Source of the DNA: Solirubrobacterales bacterium
Lineage (GTDB): Bacteria; Actinomycetota; Thermoleophilia; Solirubrobacterales; Solirubrobacteraceae
Direction of reading: 5' to 3'
NCBI GenBank assembly: GCA_038232275.1
Contig: JBBSIC010000001.1
Location: 40,206-104,205, forward strand
DNA: 64,000 bases
Translations under genes and position numbers: made by a program
Notes under the pieces: model-generated
The model's input: the letters and a program-made list of their open reading frames with translations, nothing else
What the model was told of the DNA's origin: nothing
The model's database searches: none
Shown: piece after piece, positions 61,140-64,000 of the stretch
Numbering within the stretch: position 1 is the first letter of the stretch
Layout of the letters: every line of letters begins with the position of its first letter

Positions 61140-62257
61140 GCGCGGTCGGCGGGCGGGTCGTGCCGGCCAACGACTTCGCGGCCCAGTGGGACGACGTCCG
61201 CACGGATGCGCTCGCCGCCGTCGATCGCGTCGGGCGCAGCGGCTGGCTCGTGCTGGGCCAGGAGGTCGAGGCCTTCGAGGCCCAGGTCGCCGCGTGGTGG
61301 GGCGTCGAGCACGCCGTCGGCGTGGCCAACGGCCTGGACGCGATCGAGATCGCGCTGCGCTGCGGGGGGATCGGGCAGGGCGATCGCGTGCTGACCACGC
61401 CGCTGACGGCCTTCGCGACGACGCTCGCCATCCTGCGTGCGGGCGCCGAGCCGGCCTTCTGCGACGTCGACGCGACGGGCGGGCTGGACCTCGCGCAGGC
61501 CGACGCGGCGCTCGCCGCCGACGCCGGCATCCGCGCGCTCGTGCCCGTGCACCTGTACGGCCATCCGCTGGATCCGGCGGCGCTGCGCGACCTCGCCGGG
61601 CGCCACGCTGTCGTGGTGATCGAGGACTGCGCCCAGAGCGCCGGCGCCGCGCGGGCCGGCGAGCCGACGGGCCGGGCGGGGCTGGCCGCGGCGACGAGCC
61701 TGTACCCGACCAAGAACCTCGGCGCCATGGGCGACGGCGGGCTCGTGCTCACCGACGACGTCGGGGTCGCCGAGCGGGCGCGGCGCCTGCGCAACTACGG
61801 CCAGGGCGAGCGCTACCACCACGTCGAGACCGGGCTCAACAGCCGGCTGGACGAGCTCCACGCCGCGATGCTCTCCTCGGCGCTGCTGCCGCGGCTGGAC
61901 GGATGGCTGAAGCGGCGCGCCGAGGTTGCCGCGCGCTACGCGCAGGCGCTGCGCGGGTCCGCCGTGCTGCGGTGCATCGAGCCGGCAGACGGGCGCTCGG
62001 CCCACCACCTCTTCCCCGTCGAGGTCGTCGACGGAGAACCCGCGGACCGCGCCGCCGAGCTCGCCGCCGCGGGCGTGCGCGTCGGGCGCCACTACCCCGT
62101 GCTGTGCCCGGACCAGCCGGCGCATCCGCGTCCGGCCCAGGTTCCGGTGGCCCGCCGGCTCGCCGAGCGCGAGCTCTCGCTGCCGGTCCACCCGTATCTG
62201 TCCGAGGCCGACGTGGATCACGTGATCGCCGCGTGCCAGGGGCTCGCCGCCACATGA
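61136..62257 (+). CDS. DegT/DnrJ/EryC1-type sugar aminotransferase (FdtB/QdtB/WxcK-like by context)
   Basis: It has an ATGA overlap with the upstream gene. GVANGLDAIEIALRCGG is present. The PLP lysine lies in SLYPTKNLGAMGDGG. Confidence 0.9.
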   Translation: MSAVGGRVVPANDFAAQWDDVRTDALAAVDRVGRSGWLVLGQEVEAFEAQVAAWWGVEHAVGVANGLDAIEIALRCGGIGQGDRVLTTPLTAFATTLAILRAGAEPAFCDVDATGGLDLAQADAALAADAGIRALVPVHLYGHPLDPAALRDLAGRHAVVVIEDCAQSAGAARAGEPTGRAGLAAATSLYPTKNLGAMGDGGLVLTDDVGVAERARRLRNYGQGERYHHVETGLNSRLDELHAAMLSSALLPRLDGWLKRRAEVAARYAQALRGSAVLRCIEPADGRSAHHLFPVEVVDGEPADRAAELAAAGVRVGRHYPVLCPDQPAHPRPAQVPVARRLAERELSLPVHPYLSEADVDHVIAACQGLAAT

Positions 62258-63207
62258 GCGTTCGAGCCAACTCGCTCGTGATCCCGGTCTACCGCAACGC
62301 GGCGATGATCGACGCGCTCGTGACCGCGGTCGCCGGCATCGCCGAGCAGGTCGAGGACGGCTTCGAAGCCGTGTTCGTCGTCGACGGCAGCCCGGACGAC
62401 TCGCATGACCGGCTCGTCGCCGCGCTCTCCGACGCCCCCTTCGCCTCCCGCGTGATCTCCCATGCGCGCAACTTCGGGTCCTTCGCGGCGATCCGCACCG
62501 GCATGGCCGCCGCGCACGGGCGCTTCGTCGCCGTCATGGCCGCCGACCTCCAGGAGCCGCCCGCGCTCGTCGTGGAGTTCTTCCGACGGCTCGCCACGGG
62601 CGAGGTCGACGTGGTCGCCGGCGAGCGCGCCAGCCGCGACGATCGCGGCGACGGCGCCTCGCGCCTGTACTGGCGGCTGTACCGGCGCTTCGTCATGCCG
62701 GAGATGCCGGCCGACGGCGTCGACGTGTTCGGCTGCACCGCCCAGGTGCGCGACGTCGTCTGCGCGCTCGAGGACCAGCACACGTCGCTCGTCGCCCAGT
62801 TGTTCTGGGTCGGCTTCCGCCGCGAGCTCGTCCCCTATGACCGCCTGGCGCGCGAGGGCGAGAGCGGCTGGACGCTGCACCGCAAGCTGCGCTACCTGTC
62901 TGACAGCGTCTTCGCCTTCACCGACCTGCCGATCCGGATCCTCTGGATGGTCGGCGTGCTCGGGCTCGCCCTCGGCACGGCGCTGGGGCTGGCCGTGGCG
63001 GTGCTGCGGCTCGCGGGCATCATCGCGGTCCCCGGCTACGCCCCCACGATCCTGGTCGTGATCTTCTTCTCCGGGCTCAACTGCGTGGGCTTGGGCATCA
63101 TCGGCTCGTATGTCTACCGCGCCTACGAGACCGTCAAGGGCCGGCCTGGCGCCATCGTCTCCGAAGCCGTAGAGACCTCCAAGGAGCGCGACCGTGTCGA
63201 CGCGTGA
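62254..63207 (+). CDS. GT2 polyprenyl-phosphate glycosyltransferase (GtrB/ArnC-like) with two C-terminal TM helices
   Basis: It has an ATGA overlap with the upstream gene. LVIPVYRN...FVVDGSPDDS...VAVMAADLQEPP is present. The C-terminal TM segments are ILWMVGVLGLALGTALGLAVAVL and ILVVIFFSGLNCVGLGIIGSYV. Confidence 0.85.
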   Translation: MSVRANSLVIPVYRNAAMIDALVTAVAGIAEQVEDGFEAVFVVDGSPDDSHDRLVAALSDAPFASRVISHARNFGSFAAIRTGMAAAHGRFVAVMAADLQEPPALVVEFFRRLATGEVDVVAGERASRDDRGDGASRLYWRLYRRFVMPEMPADGVDVFGCTAQVRDVVCALEDQHTSLVAQLFWVGFRRELVPYDRLAREGESGWTLHRKLRYLSDSVFAFTDLPIRILWMVGVLGLALGTALGLAVAVLRLAGIIAVPGYAPTILVVIFFSGLNCVGLGIIGSYVYRAYETVKGRPGAIVSEAVETSKERDRVDA

Positions 63208-64000
63208 GGTCTTCGTCCACGAGCACGGCCTCGTGGAGAGCGACGACGTCGGTGCCGGCACCCGCGTGTGGGCGTTCGCGCACATCCTGCCGGGCGCGCG
63301 CGTGGGCGAGGACTGCAACGTCTGCGACAACGTCTTCATCGAGGACGGCGCGGTCGTCGGCGACCGCGTCACCCTCAAGCCCGGCGTGCAGGTGTGGAAC
63401 GGCGTGACCCTGGAGGACGACGTCTTCGTCGGCCCCAACGCCACCTTCACCAACGACCTGCGCCCGCGCAGCCGGCAGTGGCTCACCGAGCACCCGCAGA
63501 CGATCGTGCGACGCGGCGCGTCCATCGGTGCCAACGCGACCATCCTGCCGGGCCTCGAGATCGGCACGGGCGCCATGGTCGGGGCGGGGGCGGTCGTCAC
63601 CCGCGCCGTGCCGCCGCATGCCGTCGTCGTGGGCAACCCCGCCCGGATCACGGGCTACGACGCCGATGCCGCCCGCCGCGGCGACGAGCCGGTTCCCGCC
63701 CGCCCCGAGGCCGCCCTCGGCGTCACCGAGCTCGGCGTCTCAGGCGTCACGCTGCACCGCTTCGCCGAGCATGGCGACATGCGCGGCTCGCTGACCTCCA
63801 GCGCCGTCGCCGCGCCCGACGGCGTCCCCTTCGACGTCCAGCGCTGGTTCATGGTCTACGACGTCCCGACCCGCGAGGTCCGCGGCGAGCACGCGCACCG
63901 CCGCTGCCACCAGTTCCTCATCTGCGTCGCCGGCAGCGTCATCCTCGCCGTCGACGACGGCCACAACCGCGGCGAGGTCCTGCTCGACGCCCCGTCGAAG
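63194..64000 (+). CDS. WxcM-like bifunctional protein: N-terminal left-handed beta-helix N-acetyltransferase fused to an FdtA-like (sugar 3,4-ketoisomerase, cupin) domain; 3' end is beyond the window
   Basis: This ORF is not in the ORF track because it has no stop in the window. The RBS AAGGAG lies 7 nt before GTG 63194. Hexapeptide repeats are present (VGEDCNVCDNVFIEDGAVVGDRVTLKPGVQVWNGVTLEDDVFVGPN...IGANATILPGLEIGTGAMVGAGAVV). FAEHGDMRGSLTS...FDVQRWFMVYD...RGEHAHRRCHQFLICVAGSVILAVDDG then resembles the WxcM-like C-terminal domain. Confidence 0.8.
   Translation, partial: MSTREVFVHEHGLVESDDVGAGTRVWAFAHILPGARVGEDCNVCDNVFIEDGAVVGDRVTLKPGVQVWNGVTLEDDVFVGPNATFTNDLRPRSRQWLTEHPQTIVRRGASIGANATILPGLEIGTGAMVGAGAVVTRAVPPHAVVVGNPARITGYDADAARRGDEPVPARPEAALGVTELGVSGVTLHRFAEHGDMRGSLTSSAVAAPDGVPFDVQRWFMVYDVPTREVRGEHAHRRCHQFLICVAGSVILAVDDGHNRGEVLLDAPSK

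Noticed and set aside
1-64000. I scanned intergenic regions for tRNA, rRNA, tmRNA, SRP or RNase P RNAs, CRISPR arrays, and transposase, integrase or recombinase genes.
   Set aside because: I recognised none by eye. Intergenic spaces are short apart from 2839-3219, 20318-20393 and 55169-55438, and these lack cloverleaf-like or known conserved RNA motifs. A covariance-model scan would be needed to be sure.

Overview
This is a gene-dense, very GC-rich window. I judge it at about 70% or more by eye, with G/C dominating codon position 3. The style looks actinobacterial (Thermoleophilia/Conexibacter-like), but that is a guess, not a database hit. All protein calls come from motifs I recognise in the supplied translations; I could run no searches.

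**Layout**
- 1-24.4 kb is a mixed housekeeping and accessory region. It holds:
  - a partial family-5 solute-binding protein
  - a 7-blade FG-GAP propeller protein
  - a DHA2-type MFS pump preceded by two CsoR/RcnR-like palindromes
  - a frameshifted ABM-monooxygenase pseudogene
  - an RDD protein and an ABC-2 exporter pair
  - a carboxylesterase
  - a zinc-ribbon/proline-rich polytopic protein divergent from a secreted vWA protein and its paralog
  - a serine hydrolase, an L,D-transpeptidase, a GT1 and MsrA
  - a REC-GGDEF protein, a cupin and heme A synthase
- About 24.4 kb to the window end is a very large cell-envelope glycan locus. It is interrupted at 48.0-51.7 kb by unrelated small genes. 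It contains:
  - 6 GT4 domains, 7 GT2 domains and 1 GT26
  - 3 GT-C-like polytopic proteins, with a fourth at 9.0 kb
  - 2 NDP-sugar dehydrogenases and 2 DegT-type aminotransferases
  - 4 SAM methyltransferases, with a fifth at 17.7 kb
  - a Wzx-type flippase and Wzm/Wzt, where Wzt carries a C-terminal extension
  - GtrA and two polyprenyl-phosphate-type GT2s
  - a WxcM-like acetyltransferase/isomerase fusion

**Not found**
I saw no rRNA, tRNA, CRISPR array, transposase or integrase.

**Most interesting signals**
- The composite glycan locus. It includes a WbdA/WbdD-like polymerase plus a methyltransferase/coiled-coil pair, and a wxcK-N-like lipid-carrier amino-sugar module.
- A canonical C_CCU_UUC -1 slippery heptamer exactly where a small ORF changes frame.
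- A 169-bp MITE-like long palindrome.
- A hairpin motif that recurs at two convergent gene junctions.
- A decayed PIN toxin islet.

Many very long listed ORFs are GC-driven antisense artefacts, and I rejected them.
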